Assembly: GCF_011045215.1 (NCBI RefSeq)
Contig: NZ_CP049201.1
Length of the DNA stretch: 64,000 nt
DNA from: Escherichia coli
Lineage (GTDB): Bacteria; Pseudomonadota; Gammaproteobacteria; Enterobacterales; Enterobacteriaceae
Direction: 5' to 3' (one strand)
Shown here: positions 24,864-36,763 of the stretch, piece by piece
Layout of the letters: each line of letters opens with the position of its first letter
Position numbering within the stretch: position 1 is the stretch's first letter
Translations under genes and position numbers: made by a program
Notes under the pieces: model-generated
Databases searched by the model: none
What the model was told of the DNA's origin: nothing
The model's input: the letters and a program-made list of their open reading frames with translations, nothing else

Positions 24864-26909
24864 ATGCAGCAGTTAGCCAGTTTCTTATCCGGTACCTGGC
24901 AGTCTGGCCGGGGCCGTAGCCGTTTGATTCATCACGCTATTAGCGGCGAGGCGTTATGGGAAGTGACCAGTGAAGGTCTTGATATGGCGGCTGCCCGCCT
25001 GTTTGCCATTGAAAAAGGTGCCCCAGCCCTTCGCGCTATGACCTTTATCGAACGTGCGGCGATGCTTAAAGCGGTCGCTAAACATCTGCTGAGTGAAAAA
25101 GAGCGTTTCTATGCTCTTTCTGCGCAAACAGGCGCAACGCTGGCAGACAGTTGGGTTGATATTGAAGGCGGTATTGGGACGTTATTTACTTACGCCAGCC
25201 TCGGTAGCCGGGAGCTGCCTGACGATACGCTGTGGCCGGAAGATGAATTGCTCCCCTTATCTAAAGAAGGTGGATTTGCCGCGCGCCATGTACTGACCTC
25301 AAAGTCAGGCGTGGCAGTGCATATTAACGCCTTTAACTTCCCCTGCTGGGGAATGCTGGAAAAGCTGGCACCAACGTGGCTGGGCGGAATGCCAGCCATC
25401 ATCAAACCAGCTACCGCGACGGCCCAACTGACTCAGGCGATGGTGAAATCAATTGTCGATAGTGGTCTTGTTCCCGAAGGCGCAATTAGTCTGATCTGCG
25501 GTAGTGCGGGTGATCTGTTGGATCATCTGGACAGCCAGGATGTGGTGACTTTCACGGGGTCTGCGACGACCGGACAGATGCTGCGAGTTCAGCCAAATAT
25601 CGTAGCCAAATCTATCCCCTTCACTATGGAAGCTGATTCCCTGAACTGCTGCGTACTGGGTGAAGATGTCACCCCGGATCAACCGGAGTTTGCGCTGTTT
25701 ATTCGTGAAGTTGTGCGTGAGATGACCACAAAAGCCGGGCAAAAATGTACGGCAATCCGGCGGATTATTGTGCCGCAAGTATTGGTTAATGCTGTCAGTG
25801 ACGCTCTGGTTGCGCGATTACAGAAAGTCGTGGTCGGTGATCCTGCGCAGGAAGACGTGAAAATGGGCGCACTGGTAAATGCAGAGCAGCGTGCCGATGT
25901 GCAGGAAAAAGTGAACACATTGCTGGCTGCAGGATGCGAGATTCGCCTCGGTGGTCAGGCGGATTTATCTGCTGCGGGTGCCTTCTTCCCGCCAACCTTA
26001 TTGTACTGTCCGCAGCCGGATGAAACACCGGCGGTACATGCAACAGAAGCCTTTGGCCCTGTCGCAACGCTAATGCCAGCACAAAACCAGCAACATGCTC
26101 TGCAACTGGCTTGTGCAGGCGGCGGTAGCCTTGCGGGAACGCTGGTGACGGCTGATCCGCAAATTGCGCGTCAGTTTATTGCCGACGCGGCACGTACGCA
26201 TGGGCGAATTCAGATCCTCAATGAAGAATCGGCAAAAGAATCCACCGGGCATGGCTCCCCACTGCCACAACTGGTACATGGTGGGCCTGGTCGCGCAGGA
26301 GGCGGTGAAGAATTAGGTGGTTTACGGGCGGTGAAACATTACATGCAGCGAACCGCTGTACAGGGTAGTCCGACGATGCTTGCCGCTATCAGTAAACAGT
26401 GGGTGCGTGGTGCGAAAGTCGAAGAAGATCGTATTCATCCGTTCCGCAAATATTTTGAGGAGCTGCAACCAGGCGACAGCCTGCTGACTCCCCGCCGCAC
26501 AATGACAGAGGCCGATATTGTTAACTTTGCTTGCCTCAGCGGCGATCATTTCTATGCACATATGGATAAGATTGCCGCTGCCGAATCTATTTTTGGCGAG
26601 CGAGTAGTACATGGGTATTTTGTGCTTTCTGCGGCTGCGGGTCTGTTTGTCGATGCCGGAGTTGGTCCGGTCATTGCTAACTATGGGCTGGAAAACTTGC
26701 GCTTTATCGAGCCAGTAAAACCAGGTGATACCATCCAGGTGCGTCTTACCTGTAAGCGCAAGACGCTGAAAAAACAGCGTAGCGCAGAAGAAAAACCAAC
26801 AGGTGTGGTGGAATGGGCGGTAGAGGTATTCAATCAGCATCAAACCCCGGTGGCGCTGTATTCAATTCTGACGCTGGTGGCCAGGCAGCACGGTGATTTT
26901 GTCGATTAA
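24864..26909 (+). CDS. paaZ: Bifunctional oxepin-CoA hydrolase / aldehyde dehydrogenase PaaZ
   Basis: 681 aa; N-terminal ALDH domain and C-terminal MaoC-like hydratase domain. Confidence 0.93.
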   Translation: MQQLASFLSGTWQSGRGRSRLIHHAISGEALWEVTSEGLDMAAARLFAIEKGAPALRAMTFIERAAMLKAVAKHLLSEKERFYALSAQTGATLADSWVDIEGGIGTLFTYASLGSRELPDDTLWPEDELLPLSKEGGFAARHVLTSKSGVAVHINAFNFPCWGMLEKLAPTWLGGMPAIIKPATATAQLTQAMVKSIVDSGLVPEGAISLICGSAGDLLDHLDSQDVVTFTGSATTGQMLRVQPNIVAKSIPFTMEADSLNCCVLGEDVTPDQPEFALFIREVVREMTTKAGQKCTAIRRIIVPQVLVNAVSDALVARLQKVVVGDPAQEDVKMGALVNAEQRADVQEKVNTLLAAGCEIRLGGQADLSAAGAFFPPTLLYCPQPDETPAVHATEAFGPVATLMPAQNQQHALQLACAGGGSLAGTLVTADPQIARQFIADAARTHGRIQILNEESAKESTGHGSPLPQLVHGGPGRAGGGEELGGLRAVKHYMQRTAVQGSPTMLAAISKQWVRGAKVEEDRIHPFRKYFEELQPGDSLLTPRRTMTEADIVNFACLSGDHFYAHMDKIAAAESIFGERVVHGYFVLSAAAGLFVDAGVGPVIANYGLENLRFIEPVKPGDTIQVRLTCKRKTLKKQRSAEEKPTGVVEWAVEVFNQHQTPVALYSILTLVARQHGDFVD

Positions 26910-26921
26910 TCGGTGAATGAA

Positions 26922-26950
26922 GGGCAACGGCGAATAGTTGCCCTTTTATT
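26922..26950 (+). terminator. Intrinsic terminator after paaZ
   Basis: GGGCAAC...TTGCCC stem followed by TTTT. Confidence 0.6.
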
Positions 26951-27156
26951 TCACCAAATTTTGTGACGTTGTCACGTTATGCATGATGTGTATCTGTATT
27001 TTCAGGGCACCCACTGTATGAAAAGCTGGCACACCTGCCAAACAACCTGGCAGGTGCAGGCAATCCCCTTTACATCAGTACTGATAATGTGAACCTGACT
27101 AAACCGCCCACAGAGCGCGGTTGCTAACAAGAACACAACATCTGACGAGGTTAATA

Positions 27157-29430
27157 ATGAGAAGCCCCTCTCTGTATTCTGCCCGTAAAACAGCCCTGGC
27201 GTTGGCAGTCGCCTTAAGTTTCGCCTGGCAAGCGCCGGTATTTGCCCACGGTGGTGAAGCGCATATGGTGCCAATGGATGAAACGCTTAAAGAATTTGGT
27301 GCCGATGTGCAGTGGGACGACTACGCCCAGCTCTTTACCCTGATTAAAGATGGCGCGTACGTGAAAGTGAAGCCTGGTGCGCAAACAGCAATTGTTAATG
27401 GTCAGCCTCTGGCACTGCAAGTACCGGTAGTGATGAAAGACAATAAAGCCTGGGTTTCTGACACCTTTATTAACGATGTTTTCCAGTCCGGGCTGGATCA
27501 AACCTTTCAGGTAGAAAAGCGCCCTCACCCACTTAATGCGCTAACTGCGGACGAAATTAAACAGGCCGTTGAAATTGTTAAAGCTTCCGCGGACTTCAAA
27601 CCCAATACCCGTTTTACTGAGATCTCCCTGCTACCGCCAGATAAAGAAGCTGTCTGGGCGTTTGCGCTGGAAAACAAACCGGTTGACCAGCCACGCAAAG
27701 CCGACGTCATTATGCTCGACGGCAAACATATCATCGAAGCGGTGGTGGATCTGCAAAACAACAAACTGCTCTCCTGGCAACCCATTAAAGACGCCCACGG
27801 TATGGTGTTGCTGGATGATTTCGCCAGTGTGCAGAACATTATTAACAACAGTGAAGAATTTGCCGCTGCCGTGAAGAAGCGCGGTATTACTGATGCGAAG
27901 AAAGTGATTACCACGCCGCTGACCGTAGGTTATTTCGATGGTAAAGATGGCCTGAAACAAGATGCCCGGTTGCTCAAAGTCATCAGCTATCTTGATGTCG
28001 GTGATGGCAACTACTGGGCACATCCCATCGAAAACCTGGTGGCGGTCGTTGACTTAGAACAGAAAAAAATCGTTAAGATTGAAGAAGGTCCGGTAGTTCC
28101 GGTGCCAATGACCGCACGCCCATTTGATGGCCGTGACCGCGTTGCTCCGGCAGTTAAACCTATGCAAATCATTGAGCCTGAAGGTAAAAATTACACCATT
28201 ACTGGCGATATGATTCACTGGCGTAACTGGGATTTTCACCTCAGCATGAACTCTCGCGTCGGGCCGATGATCTCCACCGTGACTTATAACGACAATGGCA
28301 CCAAACGCAAAGTCATGTACGAAGGTTCTCTCGGCGGCATGATTGTGCCTTACGGTGATCCTGATATTGGCTGGTACTTTAAAGCGTATCTGGACTCTGG
28401 TGACTACGGTATGGGCACGCTAACCTCACCAATTGCTCGTGGTAAAGATGCACCGTCTAACGCAGTGCTCCTGAATGAAACCATCGCCGACTACACTGGC
28501 GTGCCGATGGAGATCCCTCGCGCTATCGCAGTATTTGAACGTTATGCCGGGCCGGAGTATAAGCATCAGGAAATGGGCCAGCCCAACGTCAGTACCGAAC
28601 GCCGGGAGTTGGTGGTGCGCTGGATCAGTACAGTGGGTAACTATGACTACATTTTTGACTGGATCTTCCATGAAAACGGCACTATTGGCATTGATGCCGG
28701 TGCTACGGGCATCGAAGCGGTGAAAGGTGTTAAAGCGAAAACCATGCACGATGAGACGGCGAAAGATGACACGCGCTACGGCACGCTTATCGATCACAAT
28801 ATCGTGGGTACTACGCACCAACATATTTATAATTTCCGCCTCGATCTGGATGTAGATGGCGAAAATAACAGCCTGATGGCGATGGACCCGGTGGTAAAAC
28901 CGAATACTACCGGTGGCCCACGCACCAGTACCATGCAAGTTAATCAGTACAACATTGGCAATGAACAGGATGCCGCACAGAAGTTTGATCCGGGCACGAT
29001 TCGTCTGTTGAGTAACCCGAACAAAGAGAATCGCATGGGCAATCCGGTTTCCTATCAAATTATTCCTTATGCAGGTGGTACTCACCCGGTAGCAAAAGGT
29101 GCCCAGTTCGCGCCGGACGAGTGGATCTATCATCGTTTAAGCTTTATGGACAAGCAGCTCTGGGTAACGCGTTATCATCCTGGCGAGCGTTTCCCGGAAG
29201 GCAAATATCCGAACCGTTCTACTCATGACACCGGTCTTGGACAATACAGTAAAGATAACGAGTCGCTGGACAACACCGACGCCGTTGTCTGGATGACCAC
29301 CGGCACCACACATGTGGCCCGCGCCGAAGAGTGGCCGATTATGCCGACCGAATGGGTACATACTCTGCTGAAACCATGGAACTTCTTTGACGAAACGCCA
29401 ACGCTAGGGGCGCTAAAGAAAGATAAGTGA
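27157..29430 (+). CDS. tynA: Periplasmic copper/topaquinone primary amine oxidase
   Basis: Signal peptide; TPQ precursor motif NYDY; copper-binding HQH; start at MRSPSLYSARK. Confidence 0.93.
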   Translation: MRSPSLYSARKTALALAVALSFAWQAPVFAHGGEAHMVPMDETLKEFGADVQWDDYAQLFTLIKDGAYVKVKPGAQTAIVNGQPLALQVPVVMKDNKAWVSDTFINDVFQSGLDQTFQVEKRPHPLNALTADEIKQAVEIVKASADFKPNTRFTEISLLPPDKEAVWAFALENKPVDQPRKADVIMLDGKHIIEAVVDLQNNKLLSWQPIKDAHGMVLLDDFASVQNIINNSEEFAAAVKKRGITDAKKVITTPLTVGYFDGKDGLKQDARLLKVISYLDVGDGNYWAHPIENLVAVVDLEQKKIVKIEEGPVVPVPMTARPFDGRDRVAPAVKPMQIIEPEGKNYTITGDMIHWRNWDFHLSMNSRVGPMISTVTYNDNGTKRKVMYEGSLGGMIVPYGDPDIGWYFKAYLDSGDYGMGTLTSPIARGKDAPSNAVLLNETIADYTGVPMEIPRAIAVFERYAGPEYKHQEMGQPNVSTERRELVVRWISTVGNYDYIFDWIFHENGTIGIDAGATGIEAVKGVKAKTMHDETAKDDTRYGTLIDHNIVGTTHQHIYNFRLDLDVDGENNSLMAMDPVVKPNTTGGPRTSTMQVNQYNIGNEQDAAQKFDPGTIRLLSNPNKENRMGNPVSYQIIPYAGGTHPVAKGAQFAPDEWIYHRLSFMDKQLWVTRYHPGERFPEGKYPNRSTHDTGLGQYSKDNESLDNTDAVVWMTTGTTHVARAEEWPIMPTEWVHTLLKPWNFFDETPTLGALKKDK

Positions 29431-29445
29431 TTGTTTCAGACTAAT

Positions 29446-29470
29446 AAAACGGCACCAGGTGCCGTTTTTT
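29446..29470. terminator. Bidirectional intrinsic terminator between convergent tynA and feaB
   Basis: AAAA-CGGCACC-a-GGTGCCG-TTTTTT. Confidence 0.7.
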
Positions 29471-29488
29471 ACTTATGAGCGAACCAGA

Positions 29489-30988
29489 TTAATACCGTAC
29501 ACACACCGACTTAGTTTCACACCAACCCTCCAGCCAGTCGGGGCCAAAATCACGGCCTGTTCCTGACTGCTTCATCCCACCAAACGGTAAGTTAGCGTCA
29601 ATTAAGGTATGACTGTTTACCCACACCGTCCCTGCCTGTAAGCGATCGCTATATTCCAGAGCCCGGGAGAGATTTTGCGTCCAGACACTGGCAGTTAAGC
29701 CATATTCCGTGTCGTTTGCCAGTTGTAACGCCTCTTCTCCATCCGCTACTCGCACCAGGTTAACCACCGGACCAAACACCTCTTCACGAGTTAGGCGCAA
29801 TTTAGCATCGGGATTAACCACCAGCGTTGGCGCAACATAATATCCCTCTCCGGCTGGTCCACTCGACCCGCGAATCAGTTCTGCTTGCTGTGCCTGCGCA
29901 TCGTCGAGGAATGAACGCACTTTGTCGCAGTGCGCACGAGAAACCAAAGGGTTAATCTGTGCAACAGTTGACATCCCCGGTCCCACTTGCAACGATTTTA
30001 CCGCCTGCTCAAATCCACTAACCAGCGTGTCAAACAACGGCGCTTCAATATAAATTCGCGAACTGGCGGCGCATACTTGCCCCTGATTCAGGAAGCTTCC
30101 GGTCATCAAGCCTTCAATAACCCATTGCGGATCAGCATCTTTTAATACAATTGCCGGGTTTTTACCGCCCAGTTCCAGCGTTACACGCGTTAAGCGATCA
30201 GCAGCAGTTCTGGCAATACCTTTTCCCGTCGCGGTTGAACCGGTAAAACTGATTTTCGCAACATGAGGATGTGACGTCAGGGCCGCGCCGCATACAGCAC
30301 CGGCCCCGGTGACGACATTAAAAACGCCATCAGGGATACCAGCCTCGCTGGCCAGTTCCGCCACGCGCAACATCGTCAGTGGCGTGGTTTCCGAAGGCTT
30401 AATCACGATTGAACAGCCTGCTGCCAGTGCTGGCATCACCTTCCACATGCCAATCATCAACGGGAAGTTCCATGGCACAATTCCCGCCACTACGCCAACC
30501 GGCTCTTTACGCGTCCAGGCCTGATAGCGCGCCCCCTGGGGTAAGGGAATCGACAAGTCCAGCGTTTTACCCGCGATTTTGGTCGTTAACCCGGCGGTAT
30601 AACGCATCCAGTTCAGCGTACAGCCCACTTCAAAAGCACGGGAAATGGCAATTGACTTGCCTTGCTCCAGGGTTTCCAGCTGCGCCAGCTCCTCACTGTG
30701 CTGCTCAACCAGATCGGCAAAACGTAGCAGGATACGTTCACGCTCTGCGGGTAATCGCCCGGCCCAGCGACGCGAGACAAAGGCTCGCCAGGCAGACATG
30801 ACCGCGTTATCTACATCCGCTTCGTTGGCATCAGCAGTTGACGAAATTTTTTGCCCGGTTGCCGGATTAAAGATCGCTAACCGTTTTTCACTTTGTGCGG
30901 GGCCAGGACGACCATCAATATAAAGACCGTGTTGACGATCGAGAAACTGTTGGACCTGGCTTAATACTGCTACATGCGGCTCTGTCAT
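29489..30988 (-). CDS. feaB: Phenylacetaldehyde dehydrogenase
   Basis: ALDH family: ELGGKNP, catalytic Cys in [10 protein letters not shown]; matches recalled FeaB. Confidence 0.93.
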   Translation of the reverse strand: MTEPHVAVLSQVQQFLDRQHGLYIDGRPGPAQSEKRLAIFNPATGQKISSTADANEADVDNAVMSAWRAFVSRRWAGRLPAERERILLRFADLVEQHSEELAQLETLEQGKSIAISRAFEVGCTLNWMRYTAGLTTKIAGKTLDLSIPLPQGARYQAWTRKEPVGVVAGIVPWNFPLMIGMWKVMPALAAGCSIVIKPSETTPLTMLRVAELASEAGIPDGVFNVVTGAGAVCGAALTSHPHVAKISFTGSTATGKGIARTAADRLTRVTLELGGKNPAIVLKDADPQWVIEGLMTGSFLNQGQVCAASSRIYIEAPLFDTLVSGFEQAVKSLQVGPGMSTVAQINPLVSRAHCDKVRSFLDDAQAQQAELIRGSSGPAGEGYYVAPTLVVNPDAKLRLTREEVFGPVVNLVRVADGEEALQLANDTEYGLTASVWTQNLSRALEYSDRLQAGTVWVNSHTLIDANLPFGGMKQSGTGRDFGPDWLEGWCETKSVCVRY

Positions 30989-31223
30989 CACTTTTCCTTA
31001 TTATTTACCCAGTGTGATTTCAGTGTACGCAGCGACAAGAAAAGTCACTTTTTTCGCTGTGACATTCGCTTTGTCAGCTGTGACAAGCTCCGCAAATCGT
31101 GACAATAACCGCTTATGTCTCTATGCCTGACAAGACTTATTTCCTATAGTCAGGCTCATTAGCTTCGTTTATTGCAACACAAATGCAACAATAAAAATAC
31201 ATTTCACAGAGCGAAAACGTGCC

Positions 31224-32129
31224 ATGAACCCCGCAGTGGATAATGAGTTTCAGCAATGGCTTTCCCAAATCAATCAGGTATGCGGAAATTTTACCGGACG
31301 CCTGCTGACTGAGCGTTACACGGGTGTACTGGAAACGCATTTTGCCAAAGGACTAAAGCTGAGCACCGTGACAACCAGCGGGGTGAATTTATCCCGCACC
31401 TGGCAGGAGGTAAAAGGCAGTGACGATGCCTGGTTTTACACTGTTTTTCAGCTTAGTGGTCAGGCGATAATGGAGCAGGATGAGCGTCAGGTGCAGATTA
31501 GCGCAGGCGATATTACGTTACTCGATGCCTCACGACCCTGTTCGCTTTACTGGCAGGAGTCTTCTAAACAGATTTCATTACTTTTGCCACGCACTCTGCT
31601 GGAACAATATTTTACCCATCAAAAACCTGTCTGCGCAGAAAGACTGGACGCTGACTTACCCATGGCGCAACTCAGTCATCGCCTGTTACAGGAGAGCATG
31701 AATAACCCGGCACTTTCTGAAACAGAAAGTGAAGCTGCGCTACAGGCGATGGTGTGTCTGCTGCGCCCGGTACTTCATCAGCGGGAATCTGTTCAACCTC
31801 GCCGTGAACGTCAGTTTCAAAAAGTGGTTACGTTGATAGACGATAATATTCGCGAAGAGATATTACGCCCGGAGTGGATAGCCGGAGAGACAGGTATGTC
31901 AGTACGTAGTTTGTACCGAATGTTTGCCGATAAAGGTTTGGTGGTCGCGCAATATATTCGTAACCGTCGTCTCGATTTTTGTGCTGATGCGATTCGCCAT
32001 GCCGCAGATGATGAAAAACTGGCAGGCATTGGCTTTCATTGGGGATTTTCCGACCAGAGTCATTTTTCAACGGTATTTAAGCAACGCTTTGGGATGACGC
32101 CAGGCGAGTATCGCCGTAAATTCCGCTAA
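31224..32129 (+). CDS. feaR: AraC-family activator of tynA/feaB
   Basis: 301 aa; C-terminal AraC-type HTH; divergent from feaB. Confidence 0.9.
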   Translation: MNPAVDNEFQQWLSQINQVCGNFTGRLLTERYTGVLETHFAKGLKLSTVTTSGVNLSRTWQEVKGSDDAWFYTVFQLSGQAIMEQDERQVQISAGDITLLDASRPCSLYWQESSKQISLLLPRTLLEQYFTHQKPVCAERLDADLPMAQLSHRLLQESMNNPALSETESEAALQAMVCLLRPVLHQRESVQPRRERQFQKVVTLIDDNIREEILRPEWIAGETGMSVRSLYRMFADKGLVVAQYIRNRRLDFCADAIRHAADDEKLAGIGFHWGFSDQSHFSTVFKQRFGMTPGEYRRKFR

Positions 32130-32300
32130 CTAATTCGCGTTGCATGTACTGCAACGCGAATTAGTTAAAACAGATATTTGACTATGCATTTTTCAGGGCG
32201 AAAGGCAATTTGACAGGAGTTTTTGAATATTCACCTTGTTTCAGGAAAATAGATCAATCGCTTTCTCCTGTAGCGTTATCCCGATATTGCGGTTTTGCTA

Positions 32301-32627
32301 TTAAAATTTTCGCACCCATTTACCGTTTATCCCTTGTACATATTCCCCCGGTTTGGCCCGAGCGACGAGCTTTTGCCCGGCGAGTTTCGCGATATCATCT
32401 ACAGACACATTATTTTGCTTTGCCAGTTGTTGGTAACTCGCTTTACGTTCGGCATTAATGTCGGTTACTAATTTCTCTGTTTCAGCATCCGTTTTCAGCG
32501 CAACCAGATAACCATAAAATGTTTCACCTACCCGCCCCTGAGTTCTGGCTTCATCCAGAGTCAATGCCATTACATTGCTGCTTACCAGCCCAACAAGAAA
32601 CGCACAAAGAAGTAATGTTTTCTTCAT
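32301..32627 (-). CDS. ydbL: Periplasmic DUF1318-family protein YdbL
   Basis: 108 aa from MKKTLLLCAFLVGLVSSNVMA (signal peptide); start shortened to avoid overlap with ynbE. Confidence 0.85.
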   Translation of the reverse strand: MKKTLLLCAFLVGLVSSNVMALTLDEARTQGRVGETFYGYLVALKTDAETEKLVTDINAERKASYQQLAKQNNVSVDDIAKLAGQKLVARAKPGEYVQGINGKWVRKF

Positions 32628-32634
32628 CATCGCC

Positions 32635-32820
32635 TCAGAAAAGATCGCTACGAGTTTCAAGCAGCTCTTCGACATCTTTGTCTGCCTTGATGATGATCTC
32701 ATGCTCAATTTTAACGTTCATATTGATAGTGATCGGTTCCTTAGGTGCAGCGACTTCAATGCGAGGCGTACAGCCAACCAGCATAAAAGATGACGTCAAC
32801 GCAGCCAGTAAAATTTTCAT
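32635..32820 (-). CDS. ynbE: Small lipoprotein YnbE
   Basis: 61 aa with lipobox LVGC. Confidence 0.85.
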   Translation of the reverse strand: MKILLAALTSSFMLVGCTPRIEVAAPKEPITINMNVKIEHEIIIKADKDVEELLETRSDLF

Positions 32821-35456
32821 TGTTTTTCCTCACACTCTTTTCCTTGCGGACAGTCATTTCCCGGCAGACGTGCGTTCTGCTCCAACCATGCCTGGAGATT
32901 ATCGCCAAAGCGTAAACTGCGCCACAGCGTAAAAATATTCTCTTCATGATGGTAATTAAGGTTTACCGTACCGCTTTTACCATCGACGCGACTGGTGCCC
33001 GAAATGTTGGCCTGCATGGTTAACACACCGAGATTATCTAAATTAATCCTTGTTGATGAGCGACTGATTTCCATATAACGCAACCAGTTGATGGCAGTTC
33101 CAGCGGTCATATTGTCTTTGGCCACCGCATCTGCAGTGTCTTTATCCAGACGCAGCGTCATCGGCCCCGCGTTTGCCAACCAGCCATCTTTGACAATCCA
33201 TTTTTCATTGTTCAGCCATAGTGGCAACGCCCCACTAAATGCCCCAGACATAGCAAACTGTTTCGGATTAACCGCGCTAACCAGTTCGCTGGATGAGAGA
33301 TTATTCAGCCGCAACAGCGCCGGGTCATGTTGCGGCATACGTAATTGTTTCATCAGCACGTTACCGCCTAACACATCGACGCTAACATCAGTCAACAGCA
33401 ATGGTTCTTCTTCAGTCCACGGATAACGCCCTTGCAAATCAGCCGTAATATTTTTCGCTGTCACCAGATTAATCACTTCGGCAATTCGCAACGTAACGGG
33501 GCCGCGAGTCCCCAGATGCCAGGCTCCATCGGCAAAACGGAAAGGCAGGACAAAATCGACACCGTTAACCTGATTATCTGGCATCCAGGCACTACCGCCT
33601 TTCAACACGCCGTGCCCTCCCGCGCGGAATCCTTGTTCAGGCGCAGCAGAAAATGCAACCTGAGCATACAGTTCACCATCGCGTAAGTTCATCTTCCAGT
33701 CGGGTGGCACCAGCGGCTGGAATACAGTCAGTGATTGTTTAGGCCACCAGGCGTTACCGCGCAGACGAATACCGTCCCAGCGACCATTTACCCGAACCGG
33801 GCCAATCTCACCAGCATGTAAATCGCCTTTAAAGAGGAAATACGTCGGATCGCGCCCATCGACGCTAAATTTTAAGGTTGATGGCGGTAACACACTGCCG
33901 CCAGTGAACAGCGTTTGCCCGGCGTCCAGTGACAGCGCGCCGCTGAAGGAGGGATGCTGTGCGTCACGTACCCAGGCGACGGGCTTGTCGAGAATTAATC
34001 GCGGCTTTTCTACCGTCATCGTACCGTATTGTAACTGGTCGAAACCGGTGGAGAGATCGGTCAGCGTAATCGTGCTGTCATGCCACTCACCTTTTCCTGC
34101 GACATCCCAGGTGGCATTCATCGGTGTAAAGCTCCCTTTTCCCCAGTAGCGCCACTGCCAGCGGCCAGCGTCAGGGAGAAAATCATTCGCCAGCCCATCC
34201 ATATGCAGCACGAAATCGCCCAGTTCATTTTCATGCGCCTGCAAAATGGCCTGCAAACGTCCGTCAACACCACGTTGGGTGACTTTTACACCCGCTAAAG
34301 GCCAGCGGATTTCATCGATGTCCAGCGAATCGATGACTCTTCCCTTTGAACGAAGTAACGCGCCTGGCTCAAAGGTCAGCGTTGGGTCAGACAGACTTCC
34401 ACTTAGCTGCGCAGGTAAACGGGCATATAAAATGAGGTCCGCCTGTTTCGCTTCACCGGTCAGCTGCAGAGGCAGCTGGCTGTTATCCATGCTTAATTTT
34501 CCTGGGCCAAAATTAAGCACCGCGTTGCCCTTACCCGCTTGCCCCTGGGTCAGCACACTCAGTCGTCCGCTGACCAGAGCGTTCTCAAGCCCTGCCTGCC
34601 AGTTGTCGACTTTGACACCCAGTCGGCCACTCAAAGGAAAACCTGCATACGGCCAGCTCCAGCGACCATCGCTTACGGTCAATTGTTGACGAGTAATTCG
34701 CCACGGCAAATCGAGCAACGGATCGCCGTTATCCCGTGCCAGCACGATCAATTGCCCGCTATTTTCCTGCCAGTCCAGCTCGGCATCCACCAGTGACGGT
34801 TCCTGCGGCAAGTTTAACGTCGCAGTAGCATGCCCACTTACAGGAAGTCCATCCGGCACGAGCGGCATAGTAAATTCCCCCACCAGTTTAACCGGCGGCT
34901 GATTTTCAAACGCGACGACATCCAGTTCGCTGACTGTAAGTTGTTGCCCTTTCAGCTGGCCTTGAAATTTAACTTTTTCGCCCTGATAACGCAGTTGCTG
35001 GATATCAGAGGTTAATGCGAGAGAGAGTTTTCCCTGCCATTCCTGCCAGGGAGAAAAAATCAGTTTATCGATATTGATCCAGGTGTTAGGCAGCATGGAC
35101 TGCCACTGCGCGAGGGTTTTTGGAGCAGCTGGCGATTGCTCCGTCTGCGGCAATTTCGCCAGACAAGCAGAATCAAGTTCTACCATGCCGACGTTCAATA
35201 ACCAGCGGCTGGGATGTGAAAGGCTGGCGTTGGTGATATGCGCAAGCTGACAATCTCCCACCAGATAACGGAGATCGGGAATGATTAAACCTTTACGCGT
35301 AATGCGTGGGCTTTCATCTAATGCAATACGTGTCCCGAGCGGTAGCCAGATGCCCGCCAGCGTGGGAACCCACAGCCCGAGCGTCATCAGCAGCGTCAAC
35401 GGCACAAGAATAATCAGTAATAACAGCGCGAGAACGGCTTTATATTTACCCAGCAT
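32817..35456 (-). CDS. ydbH: AsmA-like envelope protein YdbH
   Basis: 879 aa; N-terminal membrane anchor; forms operon with ynbE and ydbL (overlapping stops/starts). Confidence 0.9.
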   Translation of the reverse strand: MLGKYKAVLALLLLIILVPLTLLMTLGLWVPTLAGIWLPLGTRIALDESPRITRKGLIIPDLRYLVGDCQLAHITNASLSHPSRWLLNVGMVELDSACLAKLPQTEQSPAAPKTLAQWQSMLPNTWINIDKLIFSPWQEWQGKLSLALTSDIQQLRYQGEKVKFQGQLKGQQLTVSELDVVAFENQPPVKLVGEFTMPLVPDGLPVSGHATATLNLPQEPSLVDAELDWQENSGQLIVLARDNGDPLLDLPWRITRQQLTVSDGRWSWPYAGFPLSGRLGVKVDNWQAGLENALVSGRLSVLTQGQAGKGNAVLNFGPGKLSMDNSQLPLQLTGEAKQADLILYARLPAQLSGSLSDPTLTFEPGALLRSKGRVIDSLDIDEIRWPLAGVKVTQRGVDGRLQAILQAHENELGDFVLHMDGLANDFLPDAGRWQWRYWGKGSFTPMNATWDVAGKGEWHDSTITLTDLSTGFDQLQYGTMTVEKPRLILDKPVAWVRDAQHPSFSGALSLDAGQTLFTGGSVLPPSTLKFSVDGRDPTYFLFKGDLHAGEIGPVRVNGRWDGIRLRGNAWWPKQSLTVFQPLVPPDWKMNLRDGELYAQVAFSAAPEQGFRAGGHGVLKGGSAWMPDNQVNGVDFVLPFRFADGAWHLGTRGPVTLRIAEVINLVTAKNITADLQGRYPWTEEEPLLLTDVSVDVLGGNVLMKQLRMPQHDPALLRLNNLSSSELVSAVNPKQFAMSGAFSGALPLWLNNEKWIVKDGWLANAGPMTLRLDKDTADAVAKDNMTAGTAINWLRYMEISRSSTRINLDNLGVLTMQANISGTSRVDGKSGTVNLNYHHEENIFTLWRSLRFGDNLQAWLEQNARLPGNDCPQGKECEEKQ

Positions 35457-35663
35457 GGGTAGTTAATATCGTGATTTAGCGAAAAATTAAGCATTCAATA
35501 CGGGTATTGTGGCATGTTTAACCGTTCAGTTGAAGGTTGCGCCTACACTAAGCATAGTTGTTGATGAATTTTTCAATATCGCCATAGCTTTCAATTAAAT
35601 TTGAAATTTTGTAAAATATTTTTAGTAGCTTAAATGTGATTCAACATCACTGGAGAAAGTCTT

Positions 35664-36653
35664 ATGAAACTCGCCGTTTATAGCACAAAACAGTACGACA
35701 AGAAGTACCTGCAACAGGTGAACGAGTCCTTTGGCTTTGAGCTGGAATTTTTTGACTTTCTGCTGACGGAAAAAACCGCTAAAACTGCCAATGGCTGCGA
35801 AGCGGTATGTATTTTCGTAAACGATGACGGCAGCCGCCCGGTGCTGGAAGAGCTGAAAAAGCACGGCGTTAAATATATCGCCCTGCGCTGTGCCGGTTTC
35901 AATAACGTCGACCTTGACGCGGCAAAAGAACTGGGGCTGAAAGTAGTCCGTGTTCCAGCCTATGATCCAGAGGCCGTTGCTGAACACGCCATCGGTATGA
36001 TGATGACGCTGAACCGCCGTATTCACCGCGCGTATCAGCGTACCCGTGACGCTAACTTCTCTCTGGAAGGTCTGACCGGCTTTACTATGTATGGCAAAAC
36101 GGCAGGCGTTATCGGTACCGGTAAAATCGGTGTGGCGATGCTGCGCATTCTGAAAGGTTTTGGTATGCGTCTGCTGGCGTTCGATCCGTATCCAAGTGCA
36201 GCGGCGCTGGAACTCGGTGTGGAGTATGTCGATCTGCCAACCCTGTTCTCTGAATCAGACGTTATCTCTCTGCACTGCCCGCTGACACCGGAAAACTACC
36301 ATCTGTTGAACGAAGCCGCCTTCGATCAGATGAAAAATGGCGTGATGATCGTCAATACCAGTCGCGGTGCATTGATTGATTCACAGGCAGCAATTGAAGC
36401 GCTGAAAAATCAGAAAATTGGTTCGTTGGGTATGGACGTGTATGAGAACGAACGCGATCTGTTCTTTGAAGATAAATCCAACGACGTGATCCAGGATGAC
36501 GTATTCCGTCGCCTGTCTGCCTGCCACAACGTGCTGTTTACCGGGCACCAGGCATTCCTGACAGCAGAAGCTCTGACCAGTATTTCTCAGACTACGCTGC
36601 AAAACTTAAGCAATCTGGAAAAAGGTGAAACCTGCCCGAACGAACTGGTTTAA
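35664..36653 (+). CDS. ldhA: Fermentative D-lactate dehydrogenase
   Basis: 329 aa; NAD-binding GVIGTGKIG; 2-hydroxyacid dehydrogenase family. Confidence 0.95.
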   Translation: MKLAVYSTKQYDKKYLQQVNESFGFELEFFDFLLTEKTAKTANGCEAVCIFVNDDGSRPVLEELKKHGVKYIALRCAGFNNVDLDAAKELGLKVVRVPAYDPEAVAEHAIGMMMTLNRRIHRAYQRTRDANFSLEGLTGFTMYGKTAGVIGTGKIGVAMLRILKGFGMRLLAFDPYPSAAALELGVEYVDLPTLFSESDVISLHCPLTPENYHLLNEAAFDQMKNGVMIVNTSRGALIDSQAAIEALKNQKIGSLGMDVYENERDLFFEDKSNDVIQDDVFRRLSACHNVLFTGHQAFLTAEALTSISQTTLQNLSNLEKGETCPNELV

Positions 36654-36660
36654 TCTTGCC

Positions 36661-36683
36661 GCTCCCCTGCAATCCAGGGGAGC
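36661..36683 (+). terminator. Terminator-like hairpin after ldhA
   Basis: GCTCCCCTG-caatc-CAGGGGAGC perfect stem; weak T-run. Confidence 0.4.
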
Positions 36684-36763
36684 TGATTCAGATAATCCCC
36701 AATGACCTTTCATTCTCTATTCTTAAAATAGTCCTGAGTCAGAAACTGTAATTGAGAACCACA